The notes beneath the pieces are model-generated. The model had not been told where the DNA came from. It was given only the letters and a program-made list of their open reading frames with translations, and ran no database searches. The translations under genes and the position numbers were made by a program. This document shows, in pieces, positions 1 to 11,572 of a DNA stretch of 64,000 nucleotides. This stretch comes from Octopus sinensis (lineage: Eukaryota), in the NCBI RefSeq assembly GCF_006345805.1, contig NC_043005.1, positions 3,100,001 to 3,164,000 of the forward strand, read 5' to 3'. The first letter of the stretch is position 1, and each line of letters begins with the position of its first letter.

Positions 1-100
1 TCGATGATAGTTGATACTACCATTAGGTACCTACGTATTTGCAGTCAGGTCAACTCGACCAGTTGGGGATAAACTGTTCTGGGAAGTGGGCCTCATTCGG

Positions 101-287
101 TACCTGTATTAATGGGTAGATTTAATGAAGTGCCTGTAATAATAGGTAGATTTAATGAAGTACTTGTATTAATAGGTAGATTTAATGAATTACCTGTATT
201 AATGGGTAGATTTAATGAAGTTCCTGTATTAATAGGTAGATTTAATGAAGTACCTGTATTAATAGGTAGATTTAATGAAGTACTTGT
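101..287. repeat. 30-bp minisatellite, about 6.2 copies
   Basis: Unit TACCTGTATTAAT(G/A)GGTAGATTTAATGAAG repeated head-to-tail with 1-3 substitutions per copy and no spacers. Confidence 0.95.
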
Positions 288-700
288 GGCTAGATACATA
301 CTTCGCTTCCCTTAGATGGGAGTTCAACACTTTCATTAATTCAGTTGTCGGCAATTCTTCAGTTTTTGGTTCTTTTATTATATTTTGTGTGTGTTGTGTC
401 GTGTTGTGTTGTGTGTGTGTGTGTGAAGGTTATTCTTCGTTGTTTCATTCTTAGATTGAAAACCATTCTGTAGAGTTCCAACTCATCGAGGTATTACTAA
501 GTAATTACTTGTGTAATTGCCAGCGAAACTCATTATTAGGACATCCAACCAATTATCAGACGTATTGATTGTTGTTGGAGTCTATTGATTCAACCGGAAT
601 CAATTCTAAGAACAATTTTCGCACAATTCATTAATTCACACAACAAACCAGACAAAGAGAACATAAGCTATTATGAATGATTCTAAACAGAAACCAGTGA

Positions 701-764
701 AAACAAAACAAAACAAAACAAAACAAAACAAAACAAAGCAAAACAAAGCAAAACAAAACAAAAC
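701..764. repeat. (AAAAC)n microsatellite
   Basis: Direct reading. Confidence 0.95.
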
Positions 765-894
765 CCCATTCAACATCCACAACACAGCAATAATGTTAGA
801 TAACATTAAGTGTATTATATAAAATCATAATATACTCACGTGCGTACATGTGGTTGTGTGAGTGTTTCTGTGTTTGTCTATGTGTGTGTGTGCT

Positions 895-1036
895 TGCGGG
901 CTGTTAGAATCGTTAGCATGCTTTTCATTCTTTTGGGGTCAATAAAATAAGTACCAGTAGATCACTGGGGGGTCGATATAATCAATGTACCCCTCCTCCT
1001 GACTTTGCTGGCCTTGTGCCAAAATTTGAAACCAAT
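895..1036 (+). mobile_element. tRNA-derived SINE family A, internally deleted copy with short tail
   Basis: Core GGGGTC-A-TAAAATAAGTACCAGT...CTGGGGGTCGAT and tail GCTGGCCTTGTGCCAAAATTTGAAACC match other copies in the window. Confidence 0.75.
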
Positions 1037-1599
1037 GTTGTCTTATTTCTGTACCGGATTAATTTTATAAAGAAGTCATATAATTGGTTGAATAAACTTT
1101 GATATACATATCTTATGGCCCCTGAACGATGAAAGTTTAAATGGACCTCGATAACACTTGAACACAGGACTGGATGAGATGAAAGAAAGGCAACCGATAA
1201 GATGGTGTAGCGTCTCTGTTAAGTGGCTGCCCTTTATTACATTAAAATACTCTCAAAATAGAAATATCCTTATGATCTTTAAAGGTTTCGAAGGTTATTA
1301 CAAAAGCTTCCTCTTCTTGGAATGTGAGGACAAATTAATTTGGCAGAATTCATTATGCGTGGAGGTAAAGAATCCAAATGGAACATACTTTCTGGAGGCA
1401 GCGTTCCAGGAGATTATCATCCCTCCACAGGGCTCTCTCTCTCTCCCTCTCTCCACACACACACACGCACGTACATATACTCATACACACATACATACAC
1501 CACTGTATCAGTATATGGAATAGACCATCGGATGTTGTTATATACCGCTGGTCACACTGCACTTCTTCGCATTGCTTTAGCTTTCAAATGGTGCAATCA

Positions 1600-1782
1600 A
1601 GCAGGCCGCTCCACATTCCATCTGAACTGGAGCGATAGTCATTCGCAAGGTTTCTCATCTACAGTCGAGTGGACTGGACCAACTTGAAATGAAGTGTTTT
1701 GCTCAAGAACACACCAGTCTGGGTTTCGAAACCATGATCCTGCGATCGTGAGCGCAACACCTTAAACACTAAGCCATGCGTC
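1600..1782 (-). mobile_element. tRNA-derived SINE family C, degraded
   Basis: Minus strand TGGCTTAGTG (A box-like) and GGTTTCGAAACCC (B box-like), followed by TTGAGCAAAACACTT as in the copy at 5740-6075. Confidence 0.7.
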
Positions 1783-1877
1783 TACACACATACACACGCG
1801 CGCGCGCGCGTCTATGTACATGTGTGTGTGTCTGTATTATAATTTCCTATAATATACTTAAGGTTGTCTAATCTTGA

Positions 1878-2047
1878 TTTCAGAGTTTGGTACAAGGCCA
1901 GTAATTTCGGGGCAGGGGGTAAACCGATTACATCGATCCCAGTGCTGAACTGGTGCATAGTTTACTGACTTCCGAAAGGATAAAAGACGAAGTCAACGTC
2001 GGCGGAATTTGAACTTAGAACGTAAAGACAGACGAAATGCCGTTAAG
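1878..2047 (-). mobile_element. SINE family A (short tail), interrupted near its 5' end by a younger SINE
   Basis: Matches family A body; its head is cut by the insertion at 2066-2294. Confidence 0.8.
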
Positions 2048-2065
2048 CCTTGTACTAAGGGTTCT

Positions 2066-2294
2066 TATTTCTTTATTACCCACAAGGGGCTAAACTCAGA
2101 GAGGACAAACAAGGACAGACACACGGATTAAGTCGATTATATCGAGCCCAGTGCGTAACTGGTACTTATTTAATCGACCCCGAAAGGATGAAAGGCAAAG
2201 TCGACCTCAGCGGAATTTGAACTCAGAACGTAGCGGCAGACGAAATACTGCTAAGCATTTCGTCCGGCGTGCTAACGTTTCTGCCAGCTAACCG
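2066..2294 (-). mobile_element. SINE family A, full length, long (Tx1-like) tail, with target-site duplication
   Basis: A box TGGCAGAAACG and B box GAGTTCAAATTCC on minus strand; flanked by CCTTGTACTAAGG(G/A)TTCT at 2048-2065 and 2295-2312. Confidence 0.92.
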
Positions 2295-2381
2295 CCTTGT
2301 ACTAAGGATTCTGTCGTTGTGTTATGTGTGGTAGCGAACTTAATTACCCTAGGGTTTATGTTTAAACGTAAATCTATATGC

Positions 2382-2600
<219 letters not shown>

Positions 2601-2737
2601 TTTATACTTTGATTTATGCTGTACTAGAGAATACGCCAATAAAAGATATACAAAGATAAGTAGTTTACATCTGACTATAAATACTAGGTGTCTCCACCTG
2701 TCTCTACATACAGTTCTGCAAAATATCTACAGCTATA

Positions 2738-2881
2738 GGCGAAGGAGTGGCTGTGTGGTAAGAAGCTTGCTTCCCAACCACATGGTTCCGGGTTCAGTTC
2801 CCACTACGCGGCAATTTAGGCAAGTGTCTTCTGCTATAGCCTCGGACCAACCAAAGCCTTGTGAAAGAAGCCCGTCGTGTG

Positions 2882-2928
<47 letters not shown>

Positions 2929-3126
2929 TGTGTTTGTGTTTGTCCCCCACCATTGCTTAACAACCGATATTAGTGTGTTTACGTCCCAGTAACTTAACGA
3001 TTCAGCAAAAGTGAGCGTTAGAATAAGTACTAGTCTTACAAAGAATAAGGCATGGGGTTGATTTGTTCGACTAAAGGCAGTACTCCAGCAGGGCCGTAGT
3101 CAAATGACTGAAACAAATAAAAGAAT
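2738..3126 (+). mobile_element. tRNA-derived SINE family B with internal (TA)n(TG)n microsatellite
   Basis: A box TGGCTGTGTGG, B box GGTTCAGTTCC, central microsatellite, 3' part ending GTCAAATGACTGAAACAA; matches 25586-26042. Confidence 0.9.
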
Positions 3127-3195
3127 GGAATTGAAACGAGACCAGGTGATCCCTCTTTTCTGTCCACCATGTTATTAAAATAATCTATAAAGTAT

Positions 3196-3372
3196 TGTTG
3201 TTGGCATCCTTTTCGTTTCAGGAGACAATGGGGTTGCGCATAAAATAATCTAGTCCGGCTTTTACATTTCATGTGCTGATACATCTCCTGCTGTGGCTGT
3301 GTAGTCCTATCCTGGACAAACACTCCCGCTGGCAGGTGCCGCAAATGCAGCGAAGACGTTGCCTGGCTGGTT
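3196..3372 (-). mobile_element. RTE-clade LINE 3' end fragment
   Basis: Minus strand translates PARQRLRCICGTCQRECLSRIGLHSHSRRCIST*, the C-x2-C..SRIGL.SH.R.C C-terminus typical of RTE ORFs, followed by a short 3' UTR and CAA tail. Confidence 0.8.
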
Positions 3373-4129
3373 GTAATGATTTTATTGTAGGCAGTGCTCA
3401 GCGGGATTACAATTGGTCGGAAAAGGTTGAAAGAGGCGACAGAAGGCAGACGTAGAAGTCATATAAAGAAAGATAGTAACGAAAGCTAGAAATACACGCG
3501 CGGTACTTCGAATAAAACAGAAGAATAGAGAAAAAGCGACCTTTAAAGAGAACCATAAAGAAGGAAGGGTGGATGTGTAGGCGAGGAGAAGTGTTGGGTG
3601 AATTCCGGGAAGCAGGGAATGTCGGAAGACATAGTGTTTACATGGGTTTATTCAGACATTGTTGGATAAAATGTCTCTGTACACACACACACACACACAC
3701 TTATATAATCCGATATATAATCCTTTTTAAATTACATTTCCGGCGAGTTAATTTGTAATCCTTTGACAACTATATAACCTTCATTTAACTAAGGTGTATT
3801 CAGCCTAAAGAGCAGCCAGCGGAGTACCGCTCGTTGACTAATTATTACTTCCAAGGATCTGCTAGGAAACATATGTAGGGTGGATTTATGCACTAGATTC
3901 CCTAAATTTGGGTTTGCATTCGCATTCATAGCAACCCTAGTTGCGATCCGTGAATTATGAATAACTTTTTTCAGCTTATCGAACTTCGATACGGGAAAAA
4001 CCTACAACCTTCGATGCCAATAAAATATTATTGTTCCTGAAAGTTGTTTTTCAATACCTTCTACAAACTGATCGAAGCTTACTAAATTCCTACACCTAAG
4101 CCCTTAGATCTTACAATTACATATCATTT

Positions 4130-4134
4130 TACAC

Positions 4135-4215
<81 letters not shown>

Positions 4216-4670
4216 CACACACACACACACACAACACACGCACACACACACACATACACACACGCACGCATGGACGTATGTATGTATGTATGTATGTATG
4301 TATGTATGTATGTATGTATGTATGTATGTATGTATGTATGCATGTATGTGTGTATGTATGTATGTACGTATGTATGTATGTATGCATGTATGTATGTATG
4401 TATGTATGTATGTATGTATGTATGCATGTATGTATGTATGTATGTATGTATGTATGTATGTATGTATGTATGTATGTATGTATGCATGTATGTATGTATG
4501 TATGTATGTATGTATGCATGTATGTATGTATGTATGTATGTATGTATGTATGTATGTATGTATGTATGTATGTATGTATGTATGTATGTATGTATGTATG
4601 TATGTATGTATGTATGTATGCATGTATGTATGTATGTATGTATGTATGTATGCATGTATGTGTGTATGCA
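4130..4670. repeat. Compound (CA)n + (TATG)n microsatellite
   Basis: Direct reading. Confidence 0.97.
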
Positions 4671-5311
4671 TGAATATAAGATTATCGAAGCAGAATTTCA
4701 AGTGACATCATTCTATTCGTGTGTTTTCAATTTGTTCCCTTCGCGTTTGTTTTAGATTTCTGTCCAATTCCTTTTTTCCTCGACAATATTGCAGACAATA
4801 GAACACAAAATATAAAAAAAAAAAGAATATAAACGAAACAAATAAAATAGTCTGATCTCATTTCAAGAGATTAACAGTATTGAGTTTCAACCCATTTAGA
4901 TAATCCCTTGTTTTAATACAAAGCTGGACAAAGACAAAAGATAATAGAAATAAACAGCGCCAACCACGATGGCCACGTTTACCGCGTCATGGGAAAGGTG
5001 GGTGTCCTCGATCGACCAGTCAGAAATGGTAACCAATTCTCCTTCTAACCACGCCCTACCATCACAAAAAAAGCAAGAAGGATGCATATGCATGTAGAAT
5101 GAATGTATTCTTGGATAAATTAGAACAAAGATGAGACGAACAGGTTTGGTTATTGGTCTTATTCAAAAGGCCTGGCTTGAGGCTAAACATTACCTCCGCC
5201 GCCGCTGCCACCACCGCCGTCACCACCACCTTCAGCAACAACAACAACAACAACAATTATGGCCAGTGATACTTATGGAGCCCTGGAGACATATTGTAAC
5301 TATTAATATTA

Positions 5312-5541
5312 GGCGGTAGCTGGCAGAAACGTTAGCGCGTCGGGCGAAATGCTCAGCGGTATTTCGTCTGTCGTTACGTTCTGAGTTCAAATTCCGCCGA
5401 GATCGACTTTGCCTTTCATCCTTTCGGGGTCGATAAATTAAGTACCAGTTTCGCACGGAGGTCGATGTAATCAACTTAATCCTTTTGTCTGTCCTTGTTT
5501 GTCCCCTCTGTGTTTAGCCCCTTGTGGGCAATAAAGAAATA
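5312..5541 (+). mobile_element. SINE family A, full length, long tail
   Basis: A box TGGCAGAAACG, B box GAGTTCAAATTCC, tail ending GCCCCTTGTGGGCAATAAAGAAAT; TATTAATA on both sides may be a TSD. Confidence 0.92.
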
Positions 5542-5739
5542 TATTAATACAAGAAACAAATAAAAAGGAAGATACTAGACTGGCATGGATGGAATGCTTT
5601 TTGATTATGGAGGTCTGGTCGATCAGGGCTGACATAGAGCTAAACGAGAGCAAGATCTTCGTTAATATCATCAACAACAACATCAACATCAAAAACTAGA
5701 TAAACGATAAACGAGGTACAAGTTCGTACAGTCAACTAC

Positions 5740-6075
5740 ATCGGATTGGATCTCTCTACTGGTCCTCCGTCGGTTACGACGACGAGGTTTCCAATTGATC
5801 CGATCAATAGAACAGCCTGCTCGTGAAATTAACGTCCAAGTGGCTGAGCACTCCACAGACAAGTACCCTTAATATCAAGGAGATTCAAAGTAACACAGAA
5901 TGTGACAAAGCTGGCCCCTTTGAAATACGGGTACATCTCATTTTTGCCAACAGAATGCACCAGAGTAACGTGAAATAAAGTGTCTTGCTCAACGACGCAA
6001 CGCGTCGCCAGGAATCGAACTCACGACCTTAAGATCTTGAGCCGAAAACCCTCCCCACTAAGCTACACGCCTTCA
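5740..6075 (-). mobile_element. tRNA-derived SINE family C
   Basis: Minus strand TAGCTTAGTGG (A box), GAGTTCGATTCC (B box), then TTGAGCAAGACACTTTATTTCACG. Confidence 0.85.
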
Positions 6076-6299
6076 CCGGATTGGACCCCTATTTATTTCA
6101 AAACAGGTCAAAGGGTTCCCCCATTTGAAGACAGGCCAAGGAAAATGCCACTTGAAGACAGGCTAAGAGGTCACCTAATTATTTGAGGAAAGGCCAAATG
6201 GACCCTTATTAAGGGTGAAATGAAATCAGAGCACAATGAGAATAGGGATCAGATAAGTTAAGTAATGTAGCAGCCGAGTCAAACCCACCGCCCTAACGC

Positions 6300-6430
6300 C
6301 GATCCGCCACCGCCGACGCTACCACCACCACCATCACCACCACCACCACCACCACCACCACCACCACCACCACCACCACTACTACTACTACTACTACTGC
6401 TACTACTGCTGCTGCTGCTGCTGCTGCAGT
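6300..6430. repeat. Compound (CCA)n(CTA)n(CTG)n trinucleotide tract
   Basis: Direct reading. Confidence 0.95.
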
Positions 6431-6924
6431 AAGGTTTTCTTTTCTGAGAAGGCCAGAAATGTGTAGGCAAAGAATAGCGTCTATCTATTATCGATCAGAT
6501 AGATAGACGCTATTCATCACAGGTAATTTATTTTATCGAACTCAAAGTGATTAAAGGCAAAGTTAACCCCCGCCGATATTTTAAACTGAGAAACGTAAAA
6601 GGCCGAAATTAAATACCATTCCATCCCCTCGCCCCCCCACCCGCCTTCTCTTCCCAACAACAACAACAACAACAGCAATAATATATAAATAAATGAGAGA
6701 GACCACGACCATCACCATCACCTCCAATAACCAGCATCATGTATTGATTTTATAGTTTAATCATGAAAAGTAATTATCACAAAACCAGACAGCCTTTTAG
6801 CAACATCAAACGACAATAAAGAAATAACGTGACATCATCGCCATCGTCGTCGTCGTCGTCGTCGTCGCAATCATCAACTGTAGCGGAAACAGCAACATGA
6901 CCAACACGATCATAGGCATACCTC

Positions 6925-7185
6925 AGCCTCCTCCTCCTCCTCTACCACCACCACCACCACCACCGCCACCGCCACCGCCGCCGCCACCGCCGCCGCCAAA
7001 ACCACCACCACCACTACTATCGCCGCCATCGCCACTATCGCCACCATCAAGACCCGTCATCGACACCATCATCAACACCTACACCACAAGCACCATCGCC
7101 GCCGCTGCCATGCCGCCGCCACTGCCTCCGCCGCCACCGCTGCCGCCTCTGTTGCTGCCACCCCCACCACCACCACCACCACCTG
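6925..7185. repeat. Degenerate (CCA/CCG/CCT)n low-complexity tract
   Basis: Direct reading; yields the poly-Pro ORF. Confidence 0.85.
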
Positions 7186-7407
7186 TCGGTATGTCTTCAG
7201 CAACAAGAATAAGAATGGCAACGGTTTCTTACCCGGCATAAATATAAAGATCTGCAAAGGGGTTAGTTGTGACCCTTTCCTAAAAGCTTTACAACGTAGG
7301 TGAAAAGAATCAAAAGAGGGTCAGAACGAGGGAGTGAACTCAGATCGCCAAGAAGCTGCTATTAACAGCTCAATGATTTTCCCTGGCGTCCTAATGATTC
7401 TGCAATC

Positions 7408-7622
7408 TTGCAGCAGAATGGTTCGTACGCCGGGAAAAATGCTTAGAGGCACTTCGTCCGACTTTACATTCTGGATTCAAATTCCGCCAAGGTTCGACTT
7501 TGCATTTCATCCTTTCGGAGTCGATGAAATATATACCAGTTGAGTACTGGTGTCGATGAGTACTGGTGTCGACTTACCCTATCCTCAAAACTGCTGGCCT
7601 TGTGCCGAAATTTGAAACTAAT
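7408..7622 (+). mobile_element. SINE family A, short tail, with internal 16-bp tandem duplication
   Basis: Family A body; TGAGTACTGGTGTCGA duplicated at about 7541-7572. Confidence 0.85.
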
Positions 7623-8332
7623 ATTTTGAAATATTGTAATGCTATTCGCCAACATGTTTGGGTTTCAAATTTAAACATCCTAAATATAAATTCGAGCAAG
7701 TCTTTCTGCTACAATATCAACTGAAACATGATCTTCAGGCGTGAAAGGAGAAGGAGGTGTTTGTCGTGTTTTAACCAAAACAAGGGATACAAGCCTAATC
7801 AATCTGGACCAATAGTTAGATAGAGACATGAAGAAATAGTATTGTCATCGCGTAGATATTTTTTGATTACTCTCTTCAACATTCACGGAACTGTTGCTAC
7901 AAAAAGAGACTATTTTTTGTATTGAAAGGCAAAATAAACAAAATAATTATTTTACTGGATTAAAAAACGATTGGAATTCATCATCGTAAGCAGTTGTACA
8001 TCACCTGACATAAAGGACGGCTTATGCAGTTATAGATACTGTCTTCTGGTACAATACAATAATCAAAAGCCCTCTTATCCATCCAAACTCCATTTAAAAA
8101 ATGCAAACAGCCAGGATGCTGTGACTATAATGTGTGGTATGCTTTCTATTCGACATCCAACCAATTAGAGCGGCCATATTTATCAATGAGCGGATGAAAC
8201 ATAAAATAGACTGAATCTTCCATTAAAGCTATGAGCAATGGAATAGCAAATTATAAGTAAACGGAGTCAACGATTTGACGAAGTATCAAAGTCGAAACAA
8301 AAATCTTATGTCGCACAAGACTAACACTTAAC

Positions 8333-8365
<33 letters not shown>

Positions 8366-8367
8366 GC

Positions 8368-8401
<34 letters not shown>

Positions 8402-8899
8402 TAAAGCAAAGAAAATCTATTTATTTTGTATCATCAAATTTCTCAACGAATTTACAAAGAAATGAATAAAATAATAAATTTGTAAAACTGTACGAGTGGT
8501 AAGTTCTGTTGCTGTCGACACACATGTCGGAAATATGCTGAAATAAACTCAGTTGTAATGGAAGTCTTTGGTAAAACACGACTGGAACTAAAAGATCGAT
8601 TGCAAAAGTCTGCGAGCCGCACCGAAAATAATGGTATTGCGTTAGATAACAGGTAGTTTATTATGAAACCGATTCCAAGCTGAAGTGCCCGGAGGCTATT
8701 GTTGAACCTTAATAAAGAGTGGTATCAATGACAAATTCTTGTCAAACGGCGTCAAAACAGAAAATTCTTGTCAAATCGTGTCAAAGAAGAAAAAGGACAA
8801 GGTGGCAGCAGTGGTGGCGAAGACGGCAGCGACGACTACGATGATGGTGGCAGAGTGGAGGTGATGATGATGATGAAGACGATGTTAATGGCGACAGAT

Positions 8900-9110
8900 T
8901 AGCTCTTGCACTTCCCAGTTTTTAATTACCATTTAGTCATGACATTTTATGTGTCCACATCTTATTATTGGTGCCATTTTACTCATGGCTAATATTTCCA
9001 GGATCCACGAGTAGCGAATACAGTTAAAAACCTTCTGGTAGTCAATCCACACCATGGACAGACCCTTCTTTCTTCTACGGTCTTCAGTTCTTTCATTGTT
9101 ATTCAAAAAT
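8900..9110 (-). mobile_element. R4/Dong-type (RLE) LINE reverse-transcriptase fragment
   Basis: Minus strand translates RKKGLSMVWIDYQKVFNCIRYSWILEILAMSKMAPII, resembling the LSMAWIDY.KAFDSVPHSWI motif. Confidence 0.7.
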
Positions 9111-9741
9111 GAAAAGGGTCTCTTTCTAAGTTTTTAATAATGAAATAATTGTAATTAAAGAGGAAAAAATGGAATATTAAATGTAGAATATATAACAATT
9201 GAGAAAAAATATATAAAATCAATCTTATAACAGGTTTAGATGATTTTATTTATTGAATAATAAAATATTTTATAAAGCTTTTCATTTCAAAGTTTTTTGA
9301 TTTATTATTTATTAATGGCAAAATTCCTATTAAATTTAATTTTAATCCTCTTCATATCATTAGTCTTGGCAGCTTCCCTTTTGCTTTTCTGGATACAGAT
9401 TATTATTGTTTCTTTTTTTCTCGATGTTTAATCTATTTTCTGTGATATTATGCTTAAGATTTTGAAGGCTAGGAACAGCTTATTAGAGATAGCTTTTTCA
9501 TTAGTTTCGGCGATTGTTTTGGTTTTTCTCCTCAGTAAACCAGCGACGCGTTGTCTCTGGTACTCTATGTGATCAAAGATGTCTTCTGGTAGCTTCTGTG
9601 TCCCCGTCAGATATTTTAACCCGATGTTTGGGATCTTATCATGTTCTCATGTCTTTCAGTTTATTATGCAGTGTTTGTCCCTTTTTGTATTGTTATAACT
9701 CCCCACAAGCATACGAAATTTGATCAAAATGTATCGGGACT

Positions 9742-9822
9742 GTTGCTATGGTAACGGAGCTAAAGTATGTAGACCGAAGACGCTTGGCACAGATTGTCCT
9801 TCAACTCTGTCGCACATGCGCA
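9742..9822. promoter_or_regulatory. RFX X-box (9742-9755) with NRF1-like site (9812-9822)
   Basis: GTTGCTATGGTAAC is a near-palindromic X-box (reverse strand GTTACCATAGCAAC fits GTNRCC-N-RGYAAC); GCACATGCGCA has one mismatch to the NRF1 core GCGCATGCGCA. Function is inferred only. Confidence 0.45.
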
Positions 9823-11277
9823 CTAAGTTATAACGTTGTCGCTCATTTCCGTTGTGTATTGCAGTGCTTGCAAGCATAGTGTGTAGTGTGCGGTTATCTT
9901 AAAAAGAAGGTCGGGCTTCAGATGCGCAGGATCTCCTGGTTTAAACCGAGAATGACAGAATCCTTTTGAAAACGCTCACAACAGGAGACGAATCGTAGGT
10001 CTATGGCTATGATCAATGGCTATGGCCCCGAAACGAAGTCCTAATCTTCTCAGTGGAAGACCCCCAATAAGATGTCAAGACGTCGTGGAAATCCAAGAGA
10101 ATGCGACGAAATAACTGTTTGCTATCCCAAACGAAGAGTTCCACGGATGCTTCTATCAATGCAAGTCTATGGCTTCAAAAAGGAGAATACTTCGAATGAA
10201 ATCAAAATCCGAATTGAAATGTAGTTCTGCTTTTATACTAGCAGCGCCGTTAGTGTTTGACCAAAGCTCGTACAAATGCTGTGTTCATTGTTTCGAACAG
10301 TCTCGTCTCTGGCCAATCCTTCCATGCCCATTTTCCGATTTGTCTCGGTGCTGCATTGGTTTCTGCAGAAAATCGTTTTCGTTTAGAGTCGAACTTATTG
10401 TCTTGTGCTTTCTTACGGAAGAGAAGAGTGCCAGTGTTAGAATTTACCACCTCATTTCTACAGGTGTTTATCGTATTCTTCCATCTATGGCAATCACTTC
10501 CAAATTTAATTAATTCATGAAATTATTGAAGCTGTGGCTAATGCAATTATCATGCTGCAAATATGTCGGAAACAGTTTCTGAAAACGAAGTCAAATCATC
10601 AACTGTGGAACTTAAAATGGCCGCTAATTTGTTACTTTCTTTGTGAAATGGTAAAAAGACAAACGAAATGTTGTGTGGATATTTTAGGAGAACCATGGAA
10701 GTAATCTAAAACAATTGAGGATAGTTTCGCAAGAAGAGGGCAAACAAATCAACGACAACAACAGCAGCAGAAACAATAGCAACAGTATCATCATCATCAT
10801 CATCATCATCATCATCGTCATCGTCGTCGTCGTCGCCGTCGTCGTCGCCGTCGTCGTCGCCCCTCATCTACTCATTTGACTCGGGCTCAAATAATGAGGA
10901 ATACTTGTTGAAACAGATGCAATTAAGGGTAGAACTAGGCCAGAACAAGACCCGGTATTGCTCCATCTCCCAGTAAGCATACCCAGGCTTTTAATGTGAC
11001 CCCGTGGATTCCCCATTCATCCCTCGTTTGCAACGCGTTTTTTTCCCTCTGTATTTACATGGGAGGCGTCGGTACTCTTCCGCTATTTTGCGTTTATCTG
11101 GCGGCATCAGTTTCGTCAAAGAGTGGTCGAGATCCTGCAACCGAAGGAGTCTTTCATTTGTTGAAAGCTCCGAAATTGCTTTCCGTCAGAACGCTATAAT
11201 ATCGATTTCAAATTTTGGCACAAGGTCAGCCTTTTCGGGGGAGTGAGTAAGTCGATTACACCGACTCCGGTACTCAC

Positions 11278-11373
11278 GGGCATATAGCGTAGTGGTTAAG
11301 AACGCGGCTACTAACCCCAAGATTCCGGGTTCGATTCCAGGCAGTGACCTGAATAATAATAATAATAATAATG

Positions 11374-11410
<37 letters not shown>

Positions 11411-11572
11411 TGATGATAAGATCGAAAAATGCCTTAGGAATAAGAACCCAACTTCGAAATTTCTCCAAGACACTTGATGAAGGCTGGAGGGTGTATCAGC
11501 CGAAACGTTGTGTTAACAACAAACAAGATGAGGACAAATATCCGTCAAATGTAAATAATGTAAATAATGTTC
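11278..11572 (+). mobile_element. tRNA-headed SINE-like element (family D): tRNA head, (AAT)n, Penelope-like tail with hammerhead motif
   Basis: A box TAGCGTAGTGG (11286-11296), B box GGTTCGATTCC (11328-11338), (AAT)n 11352-11416, HHR motif 11469-11514, terminal GTAAATAAT repeat. Confidence 0.75.
11469..11514 (+). ncRNA. Type I minimal hammerhead ribozyme motif (C3U core variant)
   Basis: GACAC-UUGAUGA-A-GGCUG(GAGGGUGUAU)CAGCC-GAA-ACGU-U-GUGUU: stem I ACAC/GUGU, 5-bp stem II, palindromic stem III ACGU, GUU cleavage triplet. Confidence 0.7.

Noticed and set aside
101-287. CRISPR array
   Set aside because: Repeats abut with no unique spacers, and the context is eukaryotic.
6897-7241. Proline-rich protein exon (formin/WASP-like)
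   Set aside because: Entirely explained by a degenerate CCN tract like others nearby. A GTATGT donor-like site follows at about 7189, but no acceptor or non-repetitive coding sequence supports an exon.
10169-10520. Protein-coding exon in the unique island
   Set aside because: ORFs on both strands are short, with no recognisable domain or convincing splice pair.
11278-11350. Genuine tRNA gene
   Set aside because: A and B boxes are present but I could not form a proper acceptor stem; it behaves as a SINE head.
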